Part shown: positions 1 to 11,146 of the stretch, piece by piece
Layout: every line of letters starts with the position of its first letter
Numbering within the stretch: position 1 is the stretch's first letter
Source of the DNA: Candidatus Dormiibacterota bacterium
GTDB taxonomy: Bacteria > Chloroflexota > Dormibacteria > Aeolococcales > Aeolococcaceae
Direction: 5' to 3'
Length of the DNA stretch: 64,000 nucleotides
Assembly: GCA_036828955.1 (NCBI GenBank)
Contig: DAISRJ010000007.1
Span: 1,967-65,966, forward strand
Notes under the pieces: generated by a model
Database searches by the model: none
Seen by the model: the letters and a program-made list of their open reading frames with translations, nothing else
What the model was told of the DNA's origin: nothing
Position numbers and translations under genes: made by a program

Positions 1-360
1 GTCGGCGACGACAAGACGCGGCTGCTCGGCGGCGCGGCCGCCCTGCTGGCGCCGATCACCTGGGACGAGCCGTTCGGGCTGTCCGTGGTGGAGGCGATGG
101 CAGGGGGCACTCCGGCGATCAGCTTCCCCCGGGGGGCGGCTGGAGAGGTGATCGAGGACGGGCTCACGGGGTTCCTGGTGCGCGACGCCGATGAGATGGT
201 TGCCGCTGTGGCGCGCGTCGACGAGATCGACCCGGCGCTCTGCGCGGCCGTGACACGGCGCCGTTTCAGCCCGGAAGCCATGGCCGACGGCTACCTGCGG
301 ATGTATGAGCGCGCCGAATCACCGGCGGCGACGGACACAGCGCAGGTGACCGCCGGCTGA
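1..360 (+). CDS. glycosyltransferase (GT-B fold, family 4-like), C-terminal part; 5' end outside window
   Basis: Frame 1 is open from base 1. Translation ...PITWDEPFGLSVVEAMAGGTPAISFPRGAAGEVIEDGLTGFLV contains the E-x7-E sugar-nucleotide region typical of GT4 enzymes. Stop at 358-360. Confidence 0.8.
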   Translation, partial: VGDDKTRLLGGAAALLAPITWDEPFGLSVVEAMAGGTPAISFPRGAAGEVIEDGLTGFLVRDADEMVAAVARVDEIDPALCAAVTRRRFSPEAMADGYLRMYERAESPAATDTAQVTAG

Positions 361-377
361 GCAGCTGATGGCGCAGC

Positions 378-2600
378 TCAGGCTGACGGAAGCGCCAGGC
401 GCGGAGGCGCGCCGCGCACCGCGGTCAGGGCCGACCCGTTGCTGTCGACGGTGACCTCGTGCGTACCGTCGCGACGGCGCGACGCACTGATGCGGAAGCG
501 GTCGGCGCCGATGCGGACATTGTCGAGGGTCAGTTCCGGGCACCAGGGCGGAAGCATCGGGTCCACGTAGATGCGTCCGCTCGGCACGTCAGGCTCCACG
601 CCGAGCAGGGTGCGAATCACATGGAAGATGCTCCCCGCCGCCCACGCCTGCGGCACATTGGCGCCGTCAAAAGGAACGGGCACATCAGGATGGCGCCGTG
701 TCAACCCGCTGAACAGCTCCGGCATCTGCAGGCCGTCGAAACAGGTCACTGCGCTGAGCAGGCCGTCGATGAGGCGCCAGCTGTCCTCGGCGCGTCCGTA
801 ACGGCGCATCCCGGCGGCGCCGATGACGGTGTCGTGGGGCCACACCGACCCGCGCTGGTAGGAGTGCGGGTCGTACGACGGATGTTCGCTGGACAACGTC
901 CGCAAACCCCAGCCACTCTCGATGTCGGGGCGCATCAGGCGATCCGCTGCTCGCTGGCCGCGATCGCCGTCGAGCATGCCCAGCCAGAGCACATGGCCCG
1001 GGTTCGACGTGGCGGTCAGCACCGGTCGCTTGAGACCGTCAAGCGCGAAGGCCACGGTTCCCTCGGACTCCAGCCAGAAGGCGTCGATGAAACGGAGACG
1101 CAACTGCTCAGCCTCGTCACGCAGAGCCGCGGCGCGGCGGCCGTCTCCCCACGCCTCGAAGAGGCCGGCGATTGATCGCTTGGCCTCGTACACGTACGCC
1201 TGCAGCTCGCAGGTTGCGATCGGGTGCACTGGAAACCCGCCGCGCTCGTCGAGCACGCCGTCCTCGGCGTCGCGCCAGCAGTGGTTGCGGTACCCGGTCG
1301 GTGCGCGCGGCGCGTATTCCTGGAACCCATCCCCGTCGCGATCGCCGTGGTTATCGATCCAGTCGAGGCAGCGCTCGGCGGTACCCTGGAATCGGTGAAG
1401 CCCGCTCGCGTCGCCCAGCCAGCGGTGGGTTTCGGCGAGGAGCATGAGGTACAGCGGCGTGGCGTCGGCGGTGCCGAAGTAGGGCGTATGCGGAATCGTG
1501 CGGAAGTGCGCCCATTCCCCGACGCGCATCTCGTGGCAGATCTTGCCGGGCTCAGAGTCACGCACGGCGTCGTCGGCAGTGGCCTGCAGGTCGGCAAGCT
1601 TCTGCAACGTCGCCACCGCGAAGCCCGGCTGGACCGGGAGCGCCTGCAGGGACGCGATGAGCGAGTCGCGCCCGAACACGGCGGCGAACCACGGGATGCC
1701 CGCCGCCGGTACCCATGCATCGGCTGGGGAGTCCCTGTCGTACAGGCGCAGCGCGGCGAAGTCGTCCGCCGCCTGCCGGTACGCCGGCAGAAGCCGCGCG
1801 TCGGCGGTGACAAGTTGCGACACGGAACGCTGCCAGCGCCGGTCGCGCGTCTCGGTGGCCTGCTCGGCGCTCTGACCGGTCGGGCAGGGAAGCAGCGCCG
1901 GCCGCGCACGCATCGATGTGAGCAGGTCGTACTGCAGACAGACGCTCCACGAGCCGCCTGGAGCGAGGTCGATGGGAAAGTGCAGCTCACCGTTGGCGCG
2001 TGCGGCCACGTGCTCGCTGCCGCTGCGGATCAGGCACCGGCGCGCGAAATCCCCGCGCTGGTAACGGTTCTCCAGCTGCTGACCCTCCCATATGGTGGCC
2101 AGTTCGCCGCGTCGCTGCCAGCGTTGGGTGCGCACCTCGAAGAGATCGGCGAAATCGCTGGAGACCACCATCTCGAGCAGCAACGGCGGCGGCTGGCCGC
2201 CGTACGCCTGCACGGTGATGTCCTCGTGGAGGCGCTGCGCGCTGATGATGCGGTCGATGGTCACCGTGATGCGGACGCCGGGAATGTCACCGTCGACGGA
2301 GCCCGGCGCCATCGCCATCAGTGTCCATCGCGCGTGGCGGGGCGAGAGCCGGGCGGAGGCGGCGACGCCGAGCACCCGACCGTTGAGCCGCAACCGATGC
2401 CTGGAGACATAACGGGTGTCGTCTGCGTACAACCCCTGGCCCTGCTCGGCAAGCGACTCGATGGAGCTGTCAGCCGCGCACACAAGGAACGTCGATCCCT
2501 CGCTGATGGTCACCAGGGCCGGCGCTGACCGCAGGCTGCGACCCGCGACCAGCGACAGGCCTGTCCGGCGGGCGCGGTCATCCTGCGAGGTCATGCGCAT
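378..2600 (-). CDS. glycogen debranching enzyme-like protein (amylo-alpha-1,6-glucosidase family)
   Basis: 740-aa ORF with high GC3. Motifs WFAAVFGRDSLIASLQ and GKICHEMRVGEW, plus a C-terminal alpha/alpha-barrel-like region, match the bacterial/archaeal GDE family as I recall it. Confidence 0.85.
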   Translation of the reverse strand: MRMTSQDDRARRTGLSLVAGRSLRSAPALVTISEGSTFLVCAADSSIESLAEQGQGLYADDTRYVSRHRLRLNGRVLGVAASARLSPRHARWTLMAMAPGSVDGDIPGVRITVTIDRIISAQRLHEDITVQAYGGQPPPLLLEMVVSSDFADLFEVRTQRWQRRGELATIWEGQQLENRYQRGDFARRCLIRSGSEHVAARANGELHFPIDLAPGGSWSVCLQYDLLTSMRARPALLPCPTGQSAEQATETRDRRWQRSVSQLVTADARLLPAYRQAADDFAALRLYDRDSPADAWVPAAGIPWFAAVFGRDSLIASLQALPVQPGFAVATLQKLADLQATADDAVRDSEPGKICHEMRVGEWAHFRTIPHTPYFGTADATPLYLMLLAETHRWLGDASGLHRFQGTAERCLDWIDNHGDRDGDGFQEYAPRAPTGYRNHCWRDAEDGVLDERGGFPVHPIATCELQAYVYEAKRSIAGLFEAWGDGRRAAALRDEAEQLRLRFIDAFWLESEGTVAFALDGLKRPVLTATSNPGHVLWLGMLDGDRGQRAADRLMRPDIESGWGLRTLSSEHPSYDPHSYQRGSVWPHDTVIGAAGMRRYGRAEDSWRLIDGLLSAVTCFDGLQMPELFSGLTRRHPDVPVPFDGANVPQAWAAGSIFHVIRTLLGVEPDVPSGRIYVDPMLPPWCPELTLDNVRIGADRFRISASRRRDGTHEVTVDSNGSALTAVRGAPPRLALPSA

Positions 2601-2628
2601 GACCCGGCGGGCCCGGTCACGGGGTGGA

Positions 2629-2943
2629 TCAGAACTCCAAATCTCCCTCGCTGACGCCGAGAACCTTGGCCAGGCGGCGGCGATAGTACGGTCGTGGCAT
2701 GGCGTCGCCGGCCTCCCATGCCTTCACTGAGCGTACGGATGCTCCCACCTTCTGGGCCAGCCCCGCCTGGGTCCACTGCCTGGGATCGGCGGCGTCGGCC
2801 TGCCGCTGGCAACGCAGCTCAAAAACCATGCTGTGACGCATGGGTGTGCGCAACGTGCGATCCTGCACCATACTGCCCGATACTGTCGGAACAGGTGAGC
2901 CGCTCGCCTGGTTGGAGGCGACCTCGATGCAGACTGGTTTCAC
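2629..2943 (-). CDS. XRE-family helix-turn-helix transcriptional regulator
   Basis: C-terminal half WTQAGLAQKVGASVRSVKAWEAGDAMPRPYYRRRLAKVLGVSEGDL is a classic Cro/C1-type HTH. It lies 29 nt upstream of and co-oriented with the GDE gene. Start uncertain; internal ATGs at 2871, 2841 and 2829 are alternatives. Confidence 0.6.
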   Translation of the reverse strand: MKPVCIEVASNQASGSPVPTVSGSMVQDRTLRTPMRHSMVFELRCQRQADAADPRQWTQAGLAQKVGASVRSVKAWEAGDAMPRPYYRRRLAKVLGVSEGDLEF

Positions 2944-3138
2944 GGGCGCGACACACCTCCCGGCTCAGCTCGGCCGGCGAGGCGGCGCGATCTCGGGATC
3001 GAGGCCCGGGCCGATCCCGAGATGAGCCAGCCCCCAGCGGACTGAATCCCGCTGCTCTTCGCCCCCCCCTTTACGGGCGCCCCAATGATCGCGCTGCGGG
3101 GCGCCTTTTCCTTGCCCGGGCTCTCATCACGGCGACGT

Positions 3139-3167
3139 TTGACGCTTTTGGCGTGTTGCGCTAGAGT
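3139..3167 (+). promoter_or_regulatory. candidate sigma-70-type promoter (TTGACG-17 nt-TAGAGT)
   Basis: TTGACG at 3139-3144, a 17-nt spacer, then TAGAGT at 3162-3167. It faces the FAD oxidoreductase gene about 220 nt downstream. Confidence 0.35.
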
Positions 3168-3390
3168 CTTGTCACCGGGGTGCAGGAGCCGACAGATGTG
3201 AGGGGACACCGGGCTTGCGGCCGAGCCGCTGCCTGGAGGGGAGGGGCTTCCTAACAGCCGGTAGCGAGACCCTGCCGCCCGCTCCGGTCGTCGGAGTTGG
3301 GCGGCGGGTCCCGCGCCAGACACCGCAGCCTGCGACTCCACCCGCCGATGCACCGCGCCGCCCGGAGGCCGGGCCAGGGATCATGCGCAC

Positions 3391-4572
3391 ATGAGCGCCG
3401 GGCACGCGGTGGTGGTGGGGGCTGGGCCGAGCGGCGCCGCCACCGCGCTCGTCCTCTCGCAAGCGGGCCACATGGTCACCGTCGTGGACCGTGCCCGTTT
3501 CCCCCGCGACAAGGCGTGCGGGGAAGGACTGATGCCGCCCGGCGTGGCCGTCCTGCGCCGCCTCGGCGTCCTCGACGCCGTGCTTGCCACCGGGGCGCCC
3601 CGGCTCAGGGGCGTCCAGTACAACCAGCAGGGACGCGCGGCCACCGCCTACGCGCGCTTCCCGGAGCCGCCCGGCGGCGGCGAGCCCTGGGGCCTCGGAG
3701 TGCGCCGGACCACGTTTGATGCCGTTCTCGTCGACGCTCTTCGCGCGGCGTCCGGGGTCACTGTCGTCGAGGGCGTGCGCGCCACCGGGCTGATCCGCGA
3801 TGGATCGGGTCTCGTGAGCGGCGTCACGACCAGCCACGGACCCGTGCTCGGCGACGTGGTCGTGGCTGCGGACGGGCTGCACTCGCCGCTGCGCGCGGCG
3901 GCGGGATGGACGCCTCCGGCCAGGACCGCGGGCCGCTACGGGCTGGTCGGGCACTGGCATCTCGACGTGCATCACGCCGATCGGATCCAGGTGACCTTCA
4001 GCCGAGGGCAGGAGTGGTACCAGGCCCCGGTCGGGCCCGGCCTGCTCCTCGTGTCGACCCTGGGCGGACGGACACGGATCGGCGCCACCGCGCGCGCCTA
4101 CAGCACGGCCGCGCGCGCCGCTCTGCCCGTCCTGCGCAATGCTCACCCTGCCGTCGCTCCACTCGCCGCCGGCCAGTTCCGTCAGCGCCCGCCCACGGTC
4201 GCGGCAGATGGTCTCTTCCTCGTCGGGGACGCCGCCGGCTACGACGATCCCACCACGGGGGAGGGCATCGGGGTGGGCCTCCTCCTCGCCGAGCAGCTCG
4301 GCAAGCACCTTGCAGCACTCCTCTCTGGGCAGGTCGACCGCGGCGCGGCCGAGGCCGCCTACCGCTCTGCCCACGCGGGCCTCTGGCGGGACCGCAACCG
4401 GGTCACCGCGCTCGCGCTGCTGATGGCCCGGCGCCCCCAGTTGAGCGGCCGTGCGCTGGCACGCGCCGCCACGCGCCCCCAGGCGCTGGAGGCGTTGCTC
4501 GGCGTCAACTGCGGTTACTGGGGCTTCGGCAGGCTCACCACTCGCGACTGGCTGAGCCTCGGCGGCCTCTGA
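3391..4572 (+). CDS. FAD-dependent oxidoreductase (geranylgeranyl-reductase/aromatic hydroxylase-like; SrsC-like role inferred)
   Basis: N-terminal dinucleotide fold VVVGAGPSGAATALVLSQAG, then DKACGEGLMP and a later GDAAGYDDPTTGEGI motif. ATG start at 3391. Adjacent to the type III PKS locus. Confidence 0.85.
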   Translation: MSAGHAVVVGAGPSGAATALVLSQAGHMVTVVDRARFPRDKACGEGLMPPGVAVLRRLGVLDAVLATGAPRLRGVQYNQQGRAATAYARFPEPPGGGEPWGLGVRRTTFDAVLVDALRAASGVTVVEGVRATGLIRDGSGLVSGVTTSHGPVLGDVVVAADGLHSPLRAAAGWTPPARTAGRYGLVGHWHLDVHHADRIQVTFSRGQEWYQAPVGPGLLLVSTLGGRTRIGATARAYSTAARAALPVLRNAHPAVAPLAAGQFRQRPPTVAADGLFLVGDAAGYDDPTTGEGIGVGLLLAEQLGKHLAALLSGQVDRGAAEAAYRSAHAGLWRDRNRVTALALLMARRPQLSGRALARAATRPQALEALLGVNCGYWGFGRLTTRDWLSLGGL

Positions 4573-5141
4573 CTCCGCCTGCCGGGCAAGGGCAGGAAGC
4601 GCGGCACTCCCGCGAATGCCTCACGGTACCCGGGCAGCCCATCGAGGAGCGCCTCCTCGGCGCGGATCCGCGGCCACAGCACCATGGCGTCGCCCAGAGA
4701 CAGCCACGCCGCCGCTCGCGGCGACCCCACCGCGACCGGCAGGCAGGCGAACTCCAGCATCACCGCCGTGTAGTTCGGGTGCCGGACCCAGCGGTAGGGC
4801 CCGGAGGTGACCACGTGAGCGGTCGGCGACACGTGGGCGGTGACGTTCCATTCCGGCCCAAGCGCGCGGATGGCGCTGAGGCGCAGCAACAGCGCAGAGG
4901 CGAGGCCGGTCAGCGCGCACACCTCGATGATCGCGGACGCGCTGCTTCGTCGTCGCGTGAAGGCGCACTGGACGAAGAGGGCGACGTGCACCGCCACCAT
5001 CGCCGGGTATGTGCCCGGAGACGCCGCCACACCGTCAGGGACGCGGGCGCGGTTGCGCGACGAGTGTCGCAGCTCGAGGAGGCGCTGGGCGGCAAGTGCC
5101 ACCACCAGCGCGGTTCGTCCGCGTCGGCTCAGCAGCCCCAC
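4515..5141 (-). CDS. isoprenylcysteine carboxyl methyltransferase (ICMT)-family membrane methyltransferase (SrsB-like)
   Basis: Multi-TM protein with the VTSGPYRWVRHPNYTAVMLEF signature of the ICMT/PEMT family. Overlaps the PKS stop by 13 nt on the same strand. Confidence 0.8.
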   Translation of the reverse strand: MGLLSRRGRTALVVALAAQRLLELRHSSRNRARVPDGVAASPGTYPAMVAVHVALFVQCAFTRRRSSASAIIEVCALTGLASALLLRLSAIRALGPEWNVTAHVSPTAHVVTSGPYRWVRHPNYTAVMLEFACLPVAVGSPRAAAWLSLGDAMVLWPRIRAEEALLDGLPGYREAFAGVPRFLPLPGRRSQRPPRLSQSRVVSLPKPQ

Positions 5142-6280
5142 GTGATGTCCAGGAGCTCGACTGTGAGGCCGGGACCGATGCCGATGACGAGCCCGCGGCC
5201 GGCCGGGGCAGGTGGGGACGCGCGCAACTGTTCAAGCACGAAGAAGATCGCCGCGGAGGACGTGTTGCCCCGTGTCCGCAACACCGACCGCGTGGCTGCC
5301 AGCTGTGCCTTGCGCAGCCCCAGGCATGACTCCACCGCGTCGACGATCGAACCACCGCCTGGGTGCAGTGCGATGGCGTCGAGACTGGCGGCGACGCCGG
5401 CTCCCGCGAAGTCGTCCACAAGTGGCGGGAGCGCGGCGGCCAGCAGGGCGGGGAGCCGTCGAGACAGGATCACCCGGAACCCGTCATCGGCCAGGTCGTA
5501 GCCGAGCGCCCCGACGCTGCCTGGTACCAGGACGCTGCGCACGCGGCCGACCTCAAAGGAAGCGTCCGTGGCAGCGCCGTCCGACTCAAGGACCGCCGCT
5601 CCGGCGCCGTCGCCGAAGACCAGGGCGCTGAGCAGGTTGTCGATCGAGCGGTCGCCGGGCCTGAAGGTGAGCGACGGCAGCTCCACGGCCACCACCAGAG
5701 CCCTCTTCCCTGGGTGTCCGCGCGTCCAGTCGGCAGCGCGCGCCAGGCCGCCGGCGCCACCGGCGCAGCCCAGTTGGGCGATCGGCAACCGCCAGGCGTC
5801 GGCCCGCAGCCCCAGCATCGGAACCAGGTGCGCGTCGAGGCCGGGGAGCATGAAGCCGGTGCAGGAAGCCACAACGACCAGCCCGATGCTGTCGCGATCG
5901 ATGCCGGCCGCGGTGATCGCGCGCTCCGCGGCGGTGGCGGCCAGGGCCGGCGCAGCCTCTGCGTAGCGGGCGGTCTGCTCGCCCGGCGACAGGGCGTTGA
6001 CCATCTCTGTCGGCTCGCGCAGAAGATGGCGGAAACCGTCGTCGCGAGGGTCGAAGAGCTGCGAGGTCCTCCGCGCCAGGTCAGGCCAGATCCGCGGCAG
6101 CACGTCGGCCACCTCGCGACCGCTGACCCGGCGCGGTGGCGTCGCGGTGCCGATCCCGGCGATGCGCACCGCGACGGGCACCGCGCCCGGGTCCGCAGTC
6201 TGGGGCGAGCCGCGCCGGGCGGGCGCAACGGCGGTCATGGCGACTGTCATAGCACGTCCCGCAGGCGGGGCCACCGCCAC
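5129..6280 (-). CDS. type III polyketide synthase (chalcone synthase-like; SrsA-like)
   Basis: Cys-His-Asn triad context: VVASCTGFMLPG, ALHPGGGSIVD, GNTSSAAIFFVLE. Start uncertain within the first ~15 codons. Confidence 0.9.
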   Translation of the reverse strand: MAVAPPAGRAMTVAMTAVAPARRGSPQTADPGAVPVAVRIAGIGTATPPRRVSGREVADVLPRIWPDLARRTSQLFDPRDDGFRHLLREPTEMVNALSPGEQTARYAEAAPALAATAAERAITAAGIDRDSIGLVVVASCTGFMLPGLDAHLVPMLGLRADAWRLPIAQLGCAGGAGGLARAADWTRGHPGKRALVVAVELPSLTFRPGDRSIDNLLSALVFGDGAGAAVLESDGAATDASFEVGRVRSVLVPGSVGALGYDLADDGFRVILSRRLPALLAAALPPLVDDFAGAGVAASLDAIALHPGGGSIVDAVESCLGLRKAQLAATRSVLRTRGNTSSAAIFFVLEQLRASPPAPAGRGLVIGIGPGLTVELLDITWGC

Positions 6281-6324
6281 AGCCGGGTTTGACGCAGCCG
6301 AGTCGATGACGCCATCCTCAGCGG

Positions 6325-7107
6325 GTGAGGCTGGCCACCTGGAACGTCAACTCGTTGGGAGCTCGCCTGCCCCGCGTTCTCGAGTGGCTGGAGAGCACGC
6401 GCCCCGACATCCTGTGCCTCCAGGAGACCAAGGTTGCAGACGGCCTCTTTCCTCGCACAGAGCTGGCCACGCTCGGGTACGAGGTCGCCACCCACGGCAT
6501 GGGACAGTGGAATGGCGTCGCCATCGTCTCCGCGATCGGGCTCGAGGACGTGCGCCGGGGGTTTCCCGCTGAACCGGGCTTCCCTGAGCCCGAGGCTCGG
6601 GCGCTGGCGGCGACCTGTGGCCCGCTCCGGGTCTGGTCGGTCTACGTCCCCAACGGACGTGCTCTCGACAGCCCGCACCTCGCCTACAAGCTCGCCTGGT
6701 TGGGCGCGCTGCGCAACGCTCTCGCCGCGGAGTCATCGGCCGGTGCCCTGGCCGTCTGCGGAGATTTCAACGTCGCGCCCGGAGACGTCGACGTGTGGGA
6801 CCCGGCGGCCTTCACCAACTCCACCCACGTCACCCCGGCCGAGAGAGCGGCGGTGGCCGCGCTCGTGGACCTCGGCCTCATCGACGTGCCGGCACGCGCC
6901 CTCAAGGGCGACCACCCCTTCACCTACTGGGACTACCGCGCCGGCAACTTCCACAAGGGGCTGGGCATGCGCATCGACCTCGTTCTCCTCAGCCGCGCCC
7001 TGGACGGGCGCGTCGCCGACGCCTACGTCGACCGTGAGGCGCGCAAGGGCAAGGCTCCCTCCGACCACGCGCCGGTCGTGGTCGACATCCAGATGACAGC
7101 GGGCTGA
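6325..7107 (+). CDS. xthA: exodeoxyribonuclease III
   Basis: MRLATWNVNSLGARLP...DILCLQETK at the N-terminus and SDHAPVVVD at the C-terminus, as in the EEP nuclease family. GTG start. Confidence 0.9.
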   Translation: MRLATWNVNSLGARLPRVLEWLESTRPDILCLQETKVADGLFPRTELATLGYEVATHGMGQWNGVAIVSAIGLEDVRRGFPAEPGFPEPEARALAATCGPLRVWSVYVPNGRALDSPHLAYKLAWLGALRNALAAESSAGALAVCGDFNVAPGDVDVWDPAAFTNSTHVTPAERAAVAALVDLGLIDVPARALKGDHPFTYWDYRAGNFHKGLGMRIDLVLLSRALDGRVADAYVDREARKGKAPSDHAPVVVDIQMTAG

Positions 7108-7146
7108 GCCAGGTCAGGACGCCCAGCCGTCGCTGCACGTTGAGGG

Positions 7147-8136
7147 TCAGTGCTCGGCGGCCAGCTGGAGGAGGTGGTAGACGAGGATCAACTGCGTGAT
7201 CGCGAGCGGCTCGTTACGGTGGCCGTTGATGGCGCCGAGCCCGGAGGGCATGCCCGCGTCATGGCCGAGGCCGAGGCCGCGCCACAGGGCCTCTTCGACC
7301 TGGTGCGTGAGCTGCGGTGGTGCCTGGCCGTGCACGTGGAGGGCGTCGACCGGCTTGCCGTCGTCGTCGCGGATCAGCTTCATGTGAATGGCGCGCCGGT
7401 TCTCCTCGGTCAGAACCGACGAAAGATCGGGGTGCGACACCGTCGGCCGGAGCAGCAGCGTCGCGCTGAGCGTCCCGCTGTCGGCGTCCTCGTGGGCGTG
7501 AGGCCAGGTCCCATCCGTGGGTTCGAGCAGCGGTCCGAATCGCACCACGATGTCGGCATTGGCGCGTTGAGGACGGATGAACTCGGCCGACTCCGGCTCA
7601 CGCCGCTCCAACTCCCTGATCACCTGGTCGCTCGTGTAGCCGCGCCTGGTGGTGTCGCGGGCGATCTTCCACTCCCGGCGGATCGGCTCAGGCGGGTCCA
7701 TGAACACCGAAACGTCCGCGCAGGCCTGGGCCAGCCTGGTGTGCAGGGGAAGCAGCCCCTCCACGATGATGAAGCGCCGCGCCTCCACGAACACCGGCCG
7801 GCCGAAGGTGCCGGTGGCGTGGTCGTACTTGGGCTTGAGGATGGGCTGGCCGGTGGCGAGCAGCTCCAGGTGCTGCTCCATGATGTCGATGTAGTTGCAG
7901 GCGGGGTTCAGCGGGGTGAAGGGGAGCGCACGCCGCTCCTCCCGGTCGTACCGGTGGTAGTCGTCCGCGCAGACCGCGGTGACGTTCTGTGCGCCGAGAG
8001 CGTCGACCAGGCCCCTGGTCAGAGTGGTCTTGCCTGCGGCACTGTCACCGGCGATGGTGAGGATCACAGGGCGCGGAACGGCCGCCTGGTTCTTCCACGT
8101 TGCGCGTCTCATCTCCATGAGCTTCTCGGGCATCAT
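7147..8136 (-). CDS. prk: phosphoribulokinase
   Basis: P-loop [18 protein letters not shown] of the PRK/uridine kinase family. The start ATG overlaps the cbbX stop (ATGA). Last gene of the RuBisCO operon. Confidence 0.85.
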   Translation of the reverse strand: MMPEKLMEMRRATWKNQAAVPRPVILTIAGDSAAGKTTLTRGLVDALGAQNVTAVCADDYHRYDREERRALPFTPLNPACNYIDIMEQHLELLATGQPILKPKYDHATGTFGRPVFVEARRFIIVEGLLPLHTRLAQACADVSVFMDPPEPIRREWKIARDTTRRGYTSDQVIRELERREPESAEFIRPQRANADIVVRFGPLLEPTDGTWPHAHEDADSGTLSATLLLRPTVSHPDLSSVLTEENRRAIHMKLIRDDDGKPVDALHVHGQAPPQLTHQVEEALWRGLGLGHDAGMPSGLGAINGHRNEPLAITQLILVYHLLQLAAEH

Positions 8137-9128
8137 GCCGCCCCCCCGGAGAACCCGGACAGGTGCCGGCTCCTGCGCACGTCCGCGGCCTCGATGCGCA
8201 TCAGGTCATCGCGACCCACCGTTCCTCCCACCGCGACCAGCCGGTCAGCCTGGCGCAGACGGCAGCGCTCGAGCGCATTTCGTACGCTGCGGGCATTGGC
8301 GAAGCGAGGCATGGTCATTCTCTTGGTCAACAGCTGACGAAACGCGACGACGGCGTCGTCAGAGAGGTTGTAGTGCTGACGTGCCAGCATGCGCTCGGCG
8401 ATCAGCATCAGCTCGTCGACGCTGTAGTCCGGAAAGTCGATGTGGTGCGCGATGCGCGACTGCATGCCGGGGTTGCTCTCGAAGAACACGTCCATCCGGT
8501 CCTTGTACCCGGCGAGGACGACGACGACATCGCTGCGCTGGTTCTCCATCACCTGGAGCAGGATCTCGATCGACTCCGCACCGTAGTCACGCTCGTTCTC
8601 CTGCTTGTACAAGTAGTAGGCCTCGTCGATGAAGAGAAGGCCACCCATCGCGCGCTTGAGCACCTCGCGCGTCTTGGGCGCGGTGTGTCCGATGTACTGG
8701 CCGACCAGGTCATCGCGTGTCACGGTGACCAGGTGGCCCTTGGCAAGGTAGCCGAGCCGGTTGAGGATCTCCGCCATCCGCATGGCCACCGTGGTCTTGC
8801 CGGTGCCGGGACTGCCGGTGAAGCACATGTGCAGCGAGGGACGTTCGGAGTCGAGCCCGAACCCGTGTCGCAGGCGGTCGATGACCAGCAGGGACGCGAT
8901 CTCGTGGATGCGCGTCTTGACAGGCTCGAGGGCGACCAGGTCGCGCGACAGGGCGTCAAGCACCTCGGCGATCCGGGCCTCCGCCAGGTGAGCGCCCATG
9001 TCGACCTCGGCGTCATCGGCCCACCTCGGCTCCACCGCGGCCGGGGGCGTGGCGCCGCCAACGGCAGCGTCAGTGCCGGGTTGGGGGTTCCCCGTCATGC
9101 CGAATCGTCGCCGTCCGTCGGTTGACAT
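8133..9128 (-). CDS. cbbX: CbbX, AAA+ RuBisCO activase (red-type)
   Basis: Walker [15 protein letters not shown] and Walker [12 protein letters not shown]. Positioned directly after cbbS, with a 1-nt stop/start overlap. Confidence 0.9.
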   Translation of the reverse strand: MSTDGRRRFGMTGNPQPGTDAAVGGATPPAAVEPRWADDAEVDMGAHLAEARIAEVLDALSRDLVALEPVKTRIHEIASLLVIDRLRHGFGLDSERPSLHMCFTGSPGTGKTTVAMRMAEILNRLGYLAKGHLVTVTRDDLVGQYIGHTAPKTREVLKRAMGGLLFIDEAYYLYKQENERDYGAESIEILLQVMENQRSDVVVVLAGYKDRMDVFFESNPGMQSRIAHHIDFPDYSVDELMLIAERMLARQHYNLSDDAVVAFRQLLTKRMTMPRFANARSVRNALERCRLRQADRLVAVGGTVGRDDLMRIEAADVRRSRHLSGFSGGAA

Positions 9129-9550
9129 CAGCTGCGGTACCGCTCTCCCTCAGGCCGGTCTGACGCGTAGGCGTGCAGGCTGTAGCGCACCTGGCGGTCG
9201 GCGCCCTCCTGGCGATCGAGGCGGAACCCGGGTTCCTCCTTGGGCCGGTTGACGATGAAGCTCAGCGCGGTCGTCTGCCTGCCCAGCGTGCGGTCATACG
9301 CATTGAGCCGGATGTAGTGGTCGGGGTGCGCCTCACGGCAGCGGTTGACCTCGTAGAGGATGGCGGACGGGTCCGCCATGTCGAACATCGGCAGCTCCCA
9401 CATCTCCCACAGGAAATTGCGGGGGTGGGGATCATCCGTGAACTCCACTGACAGCGGCCAGTCGTGGCTCAAGCAGTAGCGCACCTGCGCGGTGATCTGC
9501 TCGTCGGTGAGGTCGGGAAGGTAGGCAAACGTGCCCTGGGTGATGCGCAT
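9128..9550 (-). CDS. cbbS: RuBisCO small subunit
   Basis: [19 protein letters not shown]...[23 protein letters not shown] is typical of form I small subunits. The ATG at 9550 is preceded by GGAGA. The longer 180-aa ORF would overlap cbbL and was rejected. Confidence 0.9.
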   Translation of the reverse strand: MRITQGTFAYLPDLTDEQITAQVRYCLSHDWPLSVEFTDDPHPRNFLWEMWELPMFDMADPSAILYEVNRCREAHPDHYIRLNAYDRTLGRQTTALSFIVNRPKEEPGFRLDRQEGADRQVRYSLHAYASDRPEGERYRS

Positions 9551-9564
9551 GCTCGGTCTCCTGT

Positions 9565-11146
<1,582 letters not shown>

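Noticed and set aside
3170-3310. Possible cobalamin riboswitch (B12-box-like AGCCGGTAGCGAGACCCTGCC, GCCGCTG...GGGGAGGGGC)
   Set aside because: Only loose resemblance. The conserved GGTG..AATCC..GCCACTG core is not evident, the B12-box match needs a 4-nt insertion, and the downstream gene has no obvious B12 link. It is kept only as an unclassified structured leader.
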